The position numbers and the translations under genes were made by a program. This document shows positions 1 to 14,000 of a stretch of 64,000 nucleotides of DNA, one piece after another. The stretch lies in contig JAKMXF010000335.1 of the NCBI GenBank assembly GCA_024704765.1, positions 62,001-126,000 of the forward strand, given 5' to 3'. Origin of the DNA: Oopsacas minuta. Lineage: Eukaryota > Animalia > Porifera. Numbering within the stretch: the stretch's first letter is position 1; each line of letters starts with the position of its first letter. Below the pieces are notes generated by a model, which was not told where the DNA came from, made no database searches, and saw only the letters and a program-made list of their open reading frames with translations.

Positions 1-1673
1 CGGGCGGTGAGACAAATACAATAAAATTTAACATTGCACAACTCACGAATTTTGTCTCCAATTGATTCACTTCACGATTACACAGTTTCAAGCACTTTTG
101 AGAGAAGGCCAACACTTGGGAAGTCGAGGAAAATGGGACACTTATATACGGACGTATATTAGATCACAATTATAGTGTTTAGACTTGATTAGTGTGAACG
201 AGAGCATTTTGGGCAAAGAAACATAAACACTCTAACAAATTGATTTATGCTCATTTGGTTCTGTTACAAAGTATGTTGCTGGAATGTATAGCTGAGTCCT
301 ATAAAATTATAATGTTGTGTGAAAAGAAATAAAAATATACGTGAATCTTCATTGATATTATATTTGAATATATTTTGTTTTAACTATGTGTAGGTATTTA
401 AGTGCATAAATACCAAATATTCAAAAAGTTTAATAATTTTCTGCTGAAAGTATCAAAATACTCTATTCACGATACTAATTTTCGTATTGGCAATGATTAT
501 TAGTATCAATTCAGAAATCCCTCAACTTTCCGATAGCTTCCTTTAAGGGAAATGCAGAATATAGTACCGTAGAATCTACTATTAGCTTTCTACGTCTTGA
601 TTTCGCTAGTGATGCTAGAAGAGAGACTACAATCCTACAATATGATATTTATCCATCCAATCTGAGACTACAATGTGATATTTTATCCATCAAATCTGAA
701 ATGACTAGGAATTAGAGTATTAGCCTCGCTAGTGAAAAGGAGAATGAAGCTTAAATCAATACGGATGGTGTTTCCATTAACACTTCCTCTTACAGGGTTG
801 TATTAGAGATGCGACGCTAAAACGCCAGTATTGGTCGGATCTGATCCGTTCCTTGTTTAAGTTCAAAGGATACGGGATTGGACCGAACCGTCCTTAATTA
901 TTATTAGCCGTCACAACTATGGGTCATACCAAGGTTCTCATCAACTTACGATTGCCGGACCGAATAAATATGTGACCAGTGTTTGAATATGTCTATAATT
1001 CATCGAGTGAATTGTTCTGTAATTCTCGCTATTCAGGCGAATTGAATGACAATTTCAGTTAGTGTATTAAATTTCTATATCTGACTTAATACACGATGGT
1101 GATTTCAAGAATGAAGATAGAACGCGATTCAGTCAACACTGTAAAACTAAATTAATATAATCCAGCAAAATATATAAATACAAAAATTAGACATTCCGAA
1201 GAAATTAATAATTGTAATATATCTGTTTAATTATGACAGAAATCTTCATACTGTTGCCTATAACTATGACCCATTGGACTCTTGAACTCTCTATGACTTT
1301 AAGAGAAATTCAGAAATATTTATTTAATTCGGTATTACGTTTTAAAATTGTGCTGGCAGTTGCAAAGCACGAATAATGGACAAGGTTGATTCAGTGGAAA
1401 GTTCAGCGATGCTTTGATCACAAAAATCGAAATTGACATTATCAATAAATAATTTTACAAAATTAGCAATGATCTATAGATGTATGAAAATTTTTCAGTT
1501 CTCTAGAGAAAAGTATATTTGTCAATAAATACAAATCAGTTCACTACTTAAGTCATCTGGTTTAATGTTATATGTTGCATTTCGGAGAATTCCATAATTT
1601 GAACTAACAATTTAGCATATTTTGCAATATTCAAAGATAAATCTCTGAAAAACAAAATATACAAGTACTATGC

Positions 1674-1808
1674 CAGCGGCACGTGGTCCACAGAGGACAG
1701 CAGGGATCCACGGATCAAAGAATTTGCATTACAGTCTATGGGAGGGATTCACAGAATGTGATATAATTAGCATAGGGGTCTACTGGCGAAAATGGTTGGG
1801 AACCGCTG
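1674..1808. mobile_element. hAT-type MITE, internally deleted copy
   Basis: Ends in ...GGTTGGGAACCGCTG. The internal gaatttgcattacagtctatgggagggat matches, in reverse, the interior of the complete copy at 40870-41052. Confidence 0.55.
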
Positions 1809-1872
1809 TACTATACGTATGTCAGATATGAATTATACAATATTTGTTTTTATTAGCAGCTATTCTCTCCAG

Positions 1873-2539
1873 ATGAACAGCATTATTAGACCAGTGATAA
1901 TATTATTGATTTTGTATTATACAACAAACGCAGAGTTCCCAATCCTCTCAAAAGAGTTATTCCTTTGAGGTAATAGCTAAATACGTAGTAAGAGATCTGA
2001 CTATGACATATTTACCCTATAACGTTGCTCACGATAATGAACGCAAACTACAAACTCTAGAAACAACTGTAACCATATTAGATGATACAGTTATGGGATT
2101 CACTCTAGCTAGTGGATTTGATAATCAAACATATGTGTTCAACAGTTCACGTAAATCAAGTGATGAGTGCACGACTAAACCTTTGGCACCAGTTTCTTTC
2201 GCACTTAACCCCGATCCTTGGGATATTTTTCTTAAGGCCAATGAAGATCCAGAAGGAACATTTACCGTTATCATTTCTGAGGTAACATATATACTTGTTG
2301 TTGAGGATGGACTGCCAAAAACTTGCAATGTTACAATTGGCACTGGAGCTGATCAGATAGATATGCCAATATCTTATATTCGCTACGATAATCGACCACC
2401 TCCATTCTATATGTTCTCACTCCCAGAAGCATGTCGCAGGTATACTTGTAACGCATGTTACAGTTCAGCTGTTAGTATAACTAGTAGCTTACTATTGTTG
2501 GTGTCTGCTCTAGTTATGTTTCTGCTCTCTACAGTGTAA
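1873..2539 (+). CDS. Secreted, probably GPI-anchored ependymin-related (EPDR/LolA-fold)-like protein, split by a +1 frame offset
   Basis: ATG 1873 gives signal peptide MNSIIRPVIILLILYYTTNA and stops at CTT-TGA (1963-1968). The +1 frame is open from 1910 into ORF 2003-2539. EPDR-like motifs: NVAHDNERK, CTTKPL, YDNRPPPFYMFSLPEAC. The hydrophobic C-terminal tail resembles a GPI signal. Confidence 0.5.
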
Positions 2540-2956
2540 TACAACTACTGTAAAGATATTGATGGCTCTGACGTCTGTTGAGAAGATATATTTATTAGCG
2601 ATTAAATAATCAATGCTATGTGATGGTTACTAATGTATCAGCTAGTATATTTGTGAACTTGTAATTTACTCAAGGATTTAATATATTTATCTTCCTGTCT
2701 ATTAGAAACATAAGTACGCATATTCTGAAATTCGAAAAATTGAGGAATTAACATAAAAGAACGCGCTCCATTTATGATTCAGTAACAGAAGTTGGAGCGG
2801 TGCTCCTTTCTCAGGCCAGCGCGGAGCGAAACTGCGAAAGCGAGCTAACAAAAAATGTCGAGCAAAAATGTATATGATTACATTTAACTATTCCACCTCA
2901 CTCTACCTTAAGGCCTAAAAAGTTATTCTATACAACCTATAAACACAAATATGTAG

Positions 2957-3463
2957 TTAGTCCATTTTGTAATCAATGAATATCTGTACGATTGCTTCAT
3001 TAACTACCTCCTTCCCAACAGTCTGGAAATCTCCACAAAGGCCCTTCAGATTATCTTTCATCGTAGCTTCGTATTGAGGCAGACATCTCCCAGTATTTAT
3101 TCCATGATACTGAATTTGGAACTTTTGTAAAATATTCCAGACATCTGTTTTCCAATCAAAATTACATAATTTACCATGGTTACAACAACAGCAGTTTTCT
3201 TTTGAACTTTTCGAATCATGGGAATTATAATTCGGGAAATCTCCGTGTGGGGGTGCATCATAGATATGTATGATAACGTTCCTAACACCTGGTTTGAGTT
3301 CCCAATCACATTTAGTAGCTGCATTTGCTAGGCCATCTAACACTGCCTCTGGGTAATCTCCACCTCCTTCAGGCTTAACATTTTCAAGGAACTGTTGTAC
3401 ACTCCTATGTTGAGTAGTGAATTTCTTGTTATCTGATAGAGAATAAGAACATACTTTTAACAT
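2957..3463 (-). pseudogene. C-terminal half of a vWA domain (vwkA/alpha-kinase-associated type)
   Basis: FLENVKPEGGGDYPEAVLDGL and IYDAPPHG motifs are present; the N-terminal DxTxS MIDAS strand is absent. Confidence 0.7.
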
Positions 3464-3665
3464 AATCCGTCTTTGCCATATAAACTACTTCTTGTTGATA
3501 TTGATCATCAGATTCCTGAATTAACCTCAAGGCAGATTTGTAGCATGCTCTCCTCTTGATAATATCTTGTAGCAGATATACAAACCAGAAAGTGAATGTG
3601 AATGTCAACACAAAATAGCCTATCCCCTTGAAAATTATATTAATTAAAAATATTAATCCTTCCAT
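3429..3665 (-). pseudogene. N-terminal fragment of an orphan multi-pass (7TM-like) family gene, truncated against the vWA fragment
   Basis: FWFVYLLQDIIKRRACYKSAL...KTDYVKSMFLFSI aligns by eye with FWCVYLLDVIRRKIKYYKTSL...RTEVVKYVYLFLI of 8974-10071. Confidence 0.7.
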
Positions 3666-3896
3666 TTTTTTGAATACTTGATCAGTATACTGAGTTACTT
3701 ATACTTATACTTTAACTCTACCGGTATACATAATACGAATTTACAGTATCAGATGACAACACAATCCAAACGGTCATCAATTTCTATAATTGATGGCTAT
3801 CGGGATAATATCCTATGTTTCCATAATGTATAATAAGCATTAATTCAGAGAATAAAATTAGATTTCGTTTGATTTTTCATTAGAGAATACCTAATG

Positions 3897-4091
3897 CATA
3901 CTTACCAACTCTTTGAAACTATCCCCCTGGATACAGTTCTCGAAATTCATGGATTTCTAAATTTCTATGCAAAAACTATGAATATTTCCTTCTTTTATGA
4001 GAAAAAATCCAGAAATATCCAATATTTCTCCTGGATTTTGCCATTTTTTCACTGGATCATATGTCAAATCCCTAGATGGTTGGTAAGTATG
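3897..4091. mobile_element. MITE with 13-bp perfect TIR and 6-bp TSD
   Basis: TIR CATACTTACCAAC / GTTGGTAAGTATG; CTAATG duplicated at 3891-3896 and 4092-4097. A decayed copy lies at about 27018-27188. Confidence 0.85.
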
Positions 4092-5192
4092 CTAATGGTA
4101 TGTATGATGTGTGCTTATCCGTCTGTCTCACTAACCCTCGTCCGTAAGGAAGTGCGAGATCTAACAGTACGATGAGCATAAAAATTGCCACATATATTAC
4201 ATATACAATTTGGACCAGAAATTTACACCTGAGGTATGAATTTTCTAAAGTGTATTAAGGTGTGTTACAGTGTATACTATGTGAAATATATTGACCATGG
4301 ATGCAAATATTATAATACTGTTGAGTTTGTTTCTGTATTTATGATTAGCTATATATATTCAATCAATTTTCAAAATCTATCCAGTGATTGATTTTGATTA
4401 TTTTCTTAAAATACATTTGTACTACTTTATGTAGACATCCGTTATTTCGAACCACAGGAGAAATCAAAATCTGATATTCAGAAAGCTGATGTCTAAATTT
4501 GGCTCCACATGAAATGAGTACACAGCATACATACTGGAAAATATGGTCTCCAATTCTCAATGAATGATATTATTTTCTTACCCAGAATACTCACGGGTTT
4601 TTTAATGAATATAATCACGTTTCATACACAACTCGTCAATAGCTGAAATATGTACAAATATTGAGTTGATATAAATTGATTCTATTTTTAATTCACAAAA
4701 ATATTATTCATTTTCAATAATTCATTGTTATTACAGGTAATCTTCTAATGACTTAGATTAATAAGAATTTCTAAGTGGGAATTATGTTATAATTGAGAAA
4801 ATGAAATGATTAGATTCCAAATTGTTTTGCTGTAATTTTGCGAAGGATTCACCCGTATTTTTCCAATAACGTTTTTGCATCCAGGATGCATAGATCTACA
4901 GATTGTACATAATTCTAATTCAACTTGGCCAAATTATCAAATTTTGAAGCATAAATATTAGTAAGCATAAACCTGAGATTCAACCTCACGGTTTCATGCA
5001 TACATACAGCCTTGGATCAGAGGCATAGCTACTATTTCTCTTCGAGGTTGCGAATGAGGTGCTCAGCAACTCCCTAGCCACGCCTATGATTATAAACAGG
5101 TTAATTGGGTTTAAGTTTGAAATTTCGGAATTTCAATAAAACACATATTATGTAACATATTAACTTCGTTCTCACATGTATAGCGTAATACC

Positions 5193-8144
5193 ATGGAGAA
5201 AACTTCCACTTCGCCAGAGCAAAGCAAATTTGTCGGTTCAGAAACAAGCCCTTTGATTTACTACAAATCTCCTCAGAAAAAATCTAATGTATCATATGTA
5301 AATTACGAAACAGGGATGTTTGAAAGTTTCACCAGAAGATGTCGCCCATATGTATATATCTGGGCTTCTGCATATATTGCATGTGTATGTGGATTACTAT
5401 TTGGATATCAATTGGCAATCATAGGAGGAGCATTATTGCAATTGAAAACCCAGTTTTGTTTGGGAATCCTACAGAGTGAAGTGAGTATTTGAATGCTGTT
5501 ACATGTATATTGGAAATGAGTATTGAAAATTTGAGATTTTATTGCTTCCAACAATTAATCAGAACATGAGTATTATTTCTTTGTTAGAAGCAAATCACAT
5601 ACTATATACGTTCATATACAATTGATAGAAAACAAAATCTTTGGAAGCTACGAATATTAAAAGTTTACTGTGTATATCAATTTTTACCATTTGCTTCGGT
5701 ATATTACAATTTTGAATATCATACTTGACAACCCTGAGTGAAGAAAAAAGGGGGACAGAAGGTATAAATTTATCGGGATATCGCGGCACGTAGCATATTT
5801 ATATTAGACTGGACTACAAAAAATTGGGAAATACCCCCAAACACGGGACAGTTGCCAAGAATACAGTGTAACACCCCAAACGAGGTGCAGGACACCGAAA
5901 AATTCTACCTCGTTTCTGCCGATTTCACCGTTTGTGGAGGTTCATTTGTATGAAACTAAGAATTCACTTTATTTATTTCCACTCCGTTTCCAGAAGTTTC
6001 CCGTTTCCATAATACCTGTTTATGGTTTTTCACTGTATTTCCATCCAACACAGTGTGTTTTAGCAAACTACTAACTAGTAAAGCTCCACTCTAGGTTGTG
6101 ACCAGCTCAACAGTCGTAGGATCTTTTATCGGTTCCATGACAGGTGGGATCCCAGTAGACTATCTGGGCAGGAAAGTTTCAATAATAATTGACGCAATAG
6201 TATTCATAGTAGGAGCCCTGATACTTCTATTCTCAGTTAATTATTGGATGCTTGTACTTGGCAGGCTAATTGTTGGTTATGGTATATCACTCAATGTTAC
6301 AGCAGCTGTTGTATATGTTAGTGAGATATCACCTGCAAAAAATAGAGGCCTACTTGTGGGAATGAATCAATTTGGGATTTCTCTTGGCGTTGCAATTGCC
6401 TTTCTTGTTAGCAATATTTTCGTTGGTGAGTTATTAAATACTTGTTGAATGATATATGTTATGTCGCGGTCTGCTTGATTGAAACTATTCTTGATCAAAA
6501 TTGTAAATTCCTGAAAAAACTTCAAAATCCGAAATTATATTAGAATACTCGAAATGAAATTGAACTTTGAAATTTGAATATAAATTAATAATAACGAAAT
6601 TTCGTTCCCATTGTATATTAGAACAATCTTTCTATAAAAAACAATATGCTAATATCATTTTGAGCAATTAATATTCCAATTTGTCTTTACTACATTCATG
6701 AAACTTTAGATGTAGAAGAAGGCTGGAGATACATGTTTGGCTTAAGTATTATTCTAGCACTATTACAAGGTATATGCACACTGTTCCTACCTAGGACACC
6801 TCGCTTTCTTCTCATAAGAGGGAAAGAAGACCTCGCTCTTAAGACCCTACAGAAGATCAGAGGCTACGAGACAGACGTAAGTGATGAATTCAATGAAATG
6901 AGAACTGCAATTCTGGAAGAAAGAAGATATCATTGGTATGAGCATAAATAAATTCAAAACTATAATTTGTGAAAAATTAGACAAAACAACCCTCAAGGAT
7001 ACATAAATAGAGGAAACGGGCGAAGGAAGGCATTTTGCAATATTAAGAGTTAGATTAAATTGTAATTGTAGCAACATTTCCCATGACAACTCATTCTTTT
7101 CGATTGCAAAAGAGTGACACAAAGAGGGAAGGTCAAATCGGAATTTTCGTTACGTAACGCTCGAATGACCGCCAAATATAGGGGAAGGCAATTACATTTC
7201 CACTTCCAATTTCTCTCGATACAATTTCTATTTGAACTCCTTAAATATTACTGTTTCCAAATCTATAGGCAAAGCCAAATTTTCCTAACAAAGTGTCCTG
7301 TGTATGATTTAAAGTATACATGTTGTAGTATTAATGGAATTGCATCCTTACTTCTGTATGCAGGTGGGATTTATTCAGATTCAAAGACCAGATGATAATA
7401 CGGATGATAATTGGTTCTACGATTGCACTATTTCAACAGTTAAGCGGTCAAAATTCCATATTATTCTACGCACCAGTACTCCTCAAAACATTAGGATTTA
7501 CTTCAAATTCTACAGCTACACTGGGAACAATATGTATTGGTACCATAAAATTTCTTTCGTCAATAATCACATTCTTCACAATAGATAAACTAGGTCGTCG
7601 TCCTCTATTACTAATCGGTATTTCTCTACTGGCTATCTCAATGTTGTTACTGGGCAGCCTATCTGTTGCATTTATAGATCCACATCTAATATTATCTACA
7701 AACTCGATGCACCTCTCAAACTGTGACAATACAACTCTCACAACTCAATCAGAATACATATTCCCTAGTGACGTAACATTGACTAAATCCGAACACTTAT
7801 CATTCACTATGACCAAATGGGTATCTCTTATTCTTTTACTGATCTATATAGGAGCATATGAAACAAGTTTCGGTACGATTGCATGGTTAATTTTAACTGA
7901 AATGTTCCCTCCATCAGTGAGAGGTCAAGCAGTGTCTTTAGCATCTACTGTCAACTGGGCAATGAATTTCCTTATCTCAATAACGCTACTGAGTATGTAT
8001 AATGCAGTTCTCGGCTACACCTATATCATATATGGTTCTTTTTGCGTAATAGCTGGCATATTTGTGTTCTTTATGGTTCCGGAAACAAAAGGTAAAAGTT
8101 TGGAAAGGATCTCAAAAGAATTAAAAGAAAAAAGATTCTGCTGA
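5193..8144 (+). CDS. MFS sugar porter, class III GLUT (GLUT10/GLUT12-like), 4 exons, 541 aa
   Basis: Exons 5193-5480, 6095-6425, 6710-6935 and 7364-8144 have GT-AG ends and consistent phases (1626 nt). Motifs DYLGRK, YVSEISP, PRTPRFL, FQQLSGQN, DKLGRRPLL, PETKGKSLE. Confidence 0.92.
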
Positions 8145-8973
8145 ACTAATTACTATGATAATTACTTATTGCTCATTCTCTTATAGTGCTCTAAAAATAT
8201 GAACTAAAACTGTCAAATTATTAGTACATATTTTATAAAAGTACAAGGTATATCAATATATTTGATGACTAGTCTTTCTAACATGAATTAATATGGAAAG
8301 TGGTTTGCGCATATCAATATTGTCCTCCTGCGAACTCATATAACTCACTTTCATATAATACAACATACGTTTTGTGGGAGATACGAGTTGCTCTAAAATA
8401 CATAATAAAATAGTTGTGCATTATAAATTGCAACATAGCAAAATCCTTAATGACAGTCAGCAAATGCTCTGGGTTCGCATATTAATATTCTACACTTCGT
8501 GCTAATAGAATTACGTACAAAACATAGCAGATTTACAAATACACTAACAGAAAATTCTTCTAATATAAAATTCGAATTTCCATGCACTAAAAAGATCAAT
8601 TAAAACATTTTAGCTGACTCCGCCTAATGGCAGGTGAACTGACACATTTAGGTGACACAAGCGCCTAGAAAACCCTGAATAGAACCATTGATTAGTGCCA
8701 ATTTGTACAAATAAAACTCATAATACTTGTACTTTTGTAATAGGATGTAATAAGAACTCATCTGTAAGGTTCGTAGTGTATTTTACTGTCATTTATCACC
8801 AACCTACTTACTGTTCAGGTGTTGTGACGACTTAAGACTACAAATACGAACAAAATGAAATAACTTAAATACAGTTCGTAAGTACTACAACCAAGTAAGC
8901 AATATAGATATAGTGCGAATTGCTATTGAAAGTATACAACTGTCACTAGATTTCAGAAAGCAGTAAGATGTGA

Positions 8974-10096
8974 TTAGATGAGAGGAGCATATAAATGGTT
9001 CCGAAAGTGTGTTCTGTATCCAGTCTTACTCTTATATAAATTCCATAGTATGAAATACATTGTGGCTAATCCACACCCCGTATAAGGAATGAAGATAGTC
9101 AAACATCCGATTATTGCGAGTGGAATATACACCCATGATAAAATAGTGATAAGATTGTGTTCATCAGGATAGTAGTACGAATTCTCACATACGGATAAGT
9201 AGAAAATTGAGGTTTCATTTTTCCGGAATATTATTTGAATTGTCTGTGATATAGAATCAATGAATTCAGCTGTCAATAGAATTAATACTCCTATCAAGAT
9301 GATAGCAAATGTTACGGTGAAAACTCTGTTCATTCGAGTCTGTTTCGCAAGTAAATTTTTCCTTTGCATCACTTGCAAGTCGATAATAGTCCAGTTAATG
9401 ACCATCTTTAACTTCTTGTACTGTTTGAATGCAAACATTAATGCTATTGACATCAATAATATATCAAACCACAAACCAATGATGTGGATATAACAGATAG
9501 ATACCATAATCTGTATAGCAATCGAGCATGGCAGGAATATACATATTATGTGGGGTATTCTGTTTGCTTTAATCCAACTTTTTTGTGCTTGTCTTGCTGA
9601 TAAATACATACATAAACATCCAATAAGTACTAAACTCACAACTATACAGAAATTATCATAATCTGGTAGATTGTCACCACGTAATATCATATGGTGCACG
9701 TTATTAATGGAAGAGTGATTATATCCTCGCATAAATGGGACAATAGTTGACACAATTCCAAAAGTAGCTCCAATCCATTCAATAATATTTATAAGGAAAA
9801 GATAAACGTACTTTACTACTTCAGTTCTGGCATTATAAGCTGTCATTTGCTGATGGAGATCATGTTCTCCTTCTAGGCACTCTAGGGAAGTTTTGTAATA
9901 CTTTATTTTACGTCTTATAACGTCAAGCAAATATACACACCAAAAACAGAACACAATAGTAAACAAACTATATAAAATGGATATTAGTGTAAAAAATACA
10001 ACTTTTGCCACAACAAGCCAAAATTCTAACAAATTAACAGTTTTTGAATGTCTGCTGATATATAATCTCAATATTTATACTATTTAGTATATCCAT
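8974..10096 (-). CDS. Orphan intronless multi-pass (about 7TM) membrane protein; the ATG at 10096 is one base out of frame with the main ORF
   Basis: About seven hydrophobic segments in ORF 8974-10071, which opens on TTG. The upstream ATG frame MDILNSINIEIIYQQTFKNC stops at 10034-10036. A paralog fragment is at 3429-3665. Confidence 0.7.
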
Positions 10097-11072
10097 AAAT
10101 TGATTACTAACCTATACTGTACTTTGATTAGTTCCTAACCTTACAGCTCTTTCAGAGTATGTTTTATCAGTAATATGTCAAGTAATTATGAAATAAATTT
10201 GTAGATAGGATGGAATGGATTCAATAGAATAGAAAGGTAGATAGATACGGTAGTGTTTGCTTATCAAAAACTTGGATTTTGCAACAAAAACAGTTGCAAT
10301 TATGTGAAAGTTACTAATAATGGAACATATTTAATATAAATGCTTTCATTAGTATCAGTATAAAGCATATTATTTATCCTTTTCCTAAAAGATACGTATG
10401 CAACTGTATTATTTTAGGAATTATGCCTTAGACCCTTATGATATACAAATGAAACTTTCTTAATATCTTTGTGTGCCTTATAATCATGAACTGTGTAAAT
10501 TATCAGTCTCCCTTTGATTTTCTGACATAAGAACACTCAGCAGGGTCAATCTATATTTCCTGTTAACGGCCGTGCTTTGAAAGTTCACTTCCATCGGGCC
10601 TTTATCATCCTCATGTCCCCAATAATTCTTCCACGTATAGTACTTATAAGTGGTTATACACTATTAGGTTAGTAGGATTGTACATTTTTTGCCGCTACTC
10701 ACTCGGAGTATTGCGATTAATGGAGAATAACTCAGAGACTGAACCTATTATATACATTACTTGGCATATAGAGAACTGAGAAATTATCGTATTTTCGGAA
10801 TTTCATTTGAATTGTTCCTAATGTTTACCCATAGAAACTCGAGGCTAATATAATTAACATATAAATCAATATTCATCCAAATATTATCGTAAATATACGT
10901 TGTGCATTCGAATCTGTTTCATTACCAACTTTTTCCAATCATCATTCCCCCTATATCTTCACAGAAGCCAAGCTTTCTGCCATACGTACTTCTAACTCAC
11001 CCAAAATTGCATTACTTATTAGAACTAACACATTATCAATTATACAACAAAATAATATGTATATTTTCTGAA

Positions 11073-14000
11073 ATGTTACGGCTCTGTTGTTTACCTTCAT
11101 TTTATCGTACTCTGATTATTCGCGGTTTATCATCCGTTCCAAGAGGAAAACAACTAATTGGAGTTACGCATCAAACCGATAATGAACCTTTAGGATTATT
11201 TCGTATACCTGGCTTGATAACTGCTAATGACTTCATGAGATTGAGTAGAAATAAGATAACGAATGCTCAGGAAATTGTGAAAGATATTATCAGCAGTCCT
11301 ATTGAAAGAGATCCACTACAGATTATATACAAATTCGATAGGTTAGTTCTTTCAATGTGTTTTTTACTGTGCCGCTATACATTATTAGTATAATGCCTCA
11401 ATATGTATTCAAACAGTTAACTTAGATAAATTTAATTTACCCTAAGTTCTAGCTATATAGATTCTACGAGATGATTACATATAAAATATTGCCAAGGAAT
11501 GATAATAGTTTCGATGAAATTATGACCCTAAAATTGAATGCCATAATTTGCAAGAATAATTCAATATTGGAAATCTCCTAATACAAGTTATGGTGTAAAC
11601 GCTGGTCAAACCAGTATTTTGCTGGTCACTTGGTATACTTATATTGTTTTCCTAAGTATTTATTGCCTATCTCAAAATATAGTATTTTGGGAAAAATTCA
11701 ATATCAATTGTTTTACTCTAGATTATCAAGTGAACTTTGCTCCATAGCAGACCCTTGTAACTTCCTTCACATAACTCTAACTACTCCAGAAATATACCGA
11801 GCAGCAGAAACAACAAGCTTAGCAATAACTTCCTATGTAGAGACTCTCAATACTTATCCTCAGTTATATTTAAAACTGAAACAGTGTGTAGATAAGTTCT
11901 CACATATGTGGAGTACTGAAGAGAATAGAGTTGCAATGTTGTTACTGAAAGACTTTGAAACATCAGGTACTGTGTTTACAAGCAAAATAGTATGTATTTA
12001 TACAATTCATTACAGCGTGTATATTTTACTAAATCCGGACATAAGATGTCTTTCTAACGTACTTAACGTAATTCCTGAATCTGTAATCTAAGGCGTTACG
12101 CATTTTGTATTATAATAAACACAACTGTATCTGTAACACATTAGGTCATGTAAACTAATATACTTGATTATCATCCTCACGGGAACCTCTCACCCGTTCG
12201 CGGGTGCCCCAAATATTTCATGTATAATATCGTTTAAAAATTAATATTCGCAGATGAGCATTTAATAACAATCTGTAATTAGCATCAAATACTGGAAACT
12301 TAAACAATATCTCTCAGGTGGACTACTAAATTGCTCTTTAGTCAATACTGCTACAATATATAACTATCAATAATTACAGCTCCTCCCAGTTTGCTATAAA
12401 ATCATAGATGAAAACAAATAAATAACTCTATATAGTTGTATGTACCTTCCCTTTATTTTGATAGCGTTACGTCACGTTTGAATGACACATTAGCTAGTTT
12501 AATCGAGGCATATTTGTTATAGGTGTACATTTGCCAGAAAAACATAGATCACAAATATTACAGCTACAATCTAAAGAGACGAAAGTTGGAATGGAATACT
12601 TTTCCCAAGCTCTATCCCCAGCACACGTTGGGCAATGGATAATTGAAGATGGATATACACTTAGCTTGCATTCGCATATCCGAAAAACTGTATACAAAGC
12701 GTATTACAAACTTGATGTGAATAATCTCGCGAAGTTACACGAATTACTCAATACTAGATACAAACTTGCTAGACTTTTGGGTTATCAATCTACTGCACAT
12801 AGATCGATAGCTGATTCAATGGCTAGAGAAGTTGGTAATGTTGAAACTCTTCTAGAAAAATGTTCAGAAAGTTTGCGACCAATTGCATTAGAACAAGTAC
12901 AACAGGCAAGAGAAATTGCACTCAGTTTGATTCCTAATATTAAACCATCGAAACCAGTTGATTCGAATGGAATGCGGGCTTATGATGGAGCATTCTATAT
13001 AAACTACGCTCGTAATAATATTTGGAAGAAACAAACGGAATCCCTTGAAACAAGCACAAGTCTTCTTGCTGCACTTTCTGAGTATTTTCCACTTAGAAAT
13101 TGTTTAGAAGCAATCAATATAATCTGCCAATCTCTTTACAAAATGAGTTTTGAGCCTCTTGCAATTCAGCCAAACGAGACCTGGCATTCTTCAGTTATCA
13201 AAGCCGGTCTCGTTAATTCTGAAGGTTTACAGGGTGTATTATACTTAGATCTTATGAATAGACTGAAAAAAACTGATATAGAATGTCACCAGCAAATCCA
13301 AGGCAGTAGAAGAGATGAACAAGGTAGATACCAATTGCCAGTAGCTGCACTAGCCTGCAATTTCATTTCCCCTTTAAATGACGATAATACGCTAATTAAT
13401 CCTATAAATTTGAATAGCTTCTTTCATGAGATGGGCCATGCATTACACTCTGTATTAGGCAATACTACATTTCAGCATGTAGCTGGTACACGATGTCCTA
13501 ACGATCTAGCAGAAATACCATCGAATCTAATGGAGTTATATTTATTGGATCCTAGATTTGTAAAAGTATTTGCTACTCATTACAAAACTGGTAATTCTAT
13601 TTCAGATCTCCTTGTACAGTTACATATACAGAGATCTACAATATTTGGTGCATATTCTACACATGTACAAGTGTTGTACGGATTATTAGACCTAATGCTG
13701 CATAAAAATGAGTTCAAAAATGAAAATGATATTTTGGAACTTGAGAAGCAGTTATACAAGAATCATTGTGTATTTTCACAGGAAGAAAACACCTCGTGGG
13801 CACTTAGATTCAGTCATCTCACAAACTACGGATCTAAATATTATTCGTATACCTGGGCAAAGGCATTTGCTTCGCTTTTTTGGAGTAAAAAGTTCGCTAA
13901 AAATCCACTTTGCCCTATCATCGGCGCGGAATATAGAGAGAAATTTCTTTCTCATGGATTTGGAAAAGATCCTTGGGAGATGGTCAAGGATTTTTTAGGG

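Noticed and set aside
3894-4175. 93-aa ORF, and similar small ORFs at 14546, 27113, 27264, 38584, 40864 and 44642
   Set aside because: They lie within or across MITEs and carry no protein motifs.
10902-11072. ORF-track start for MIPEP exon 1
   Set aside because: It begins on GTG in non-coding-like sequence; ATG 11073 gives a proper presequence and the expected length.
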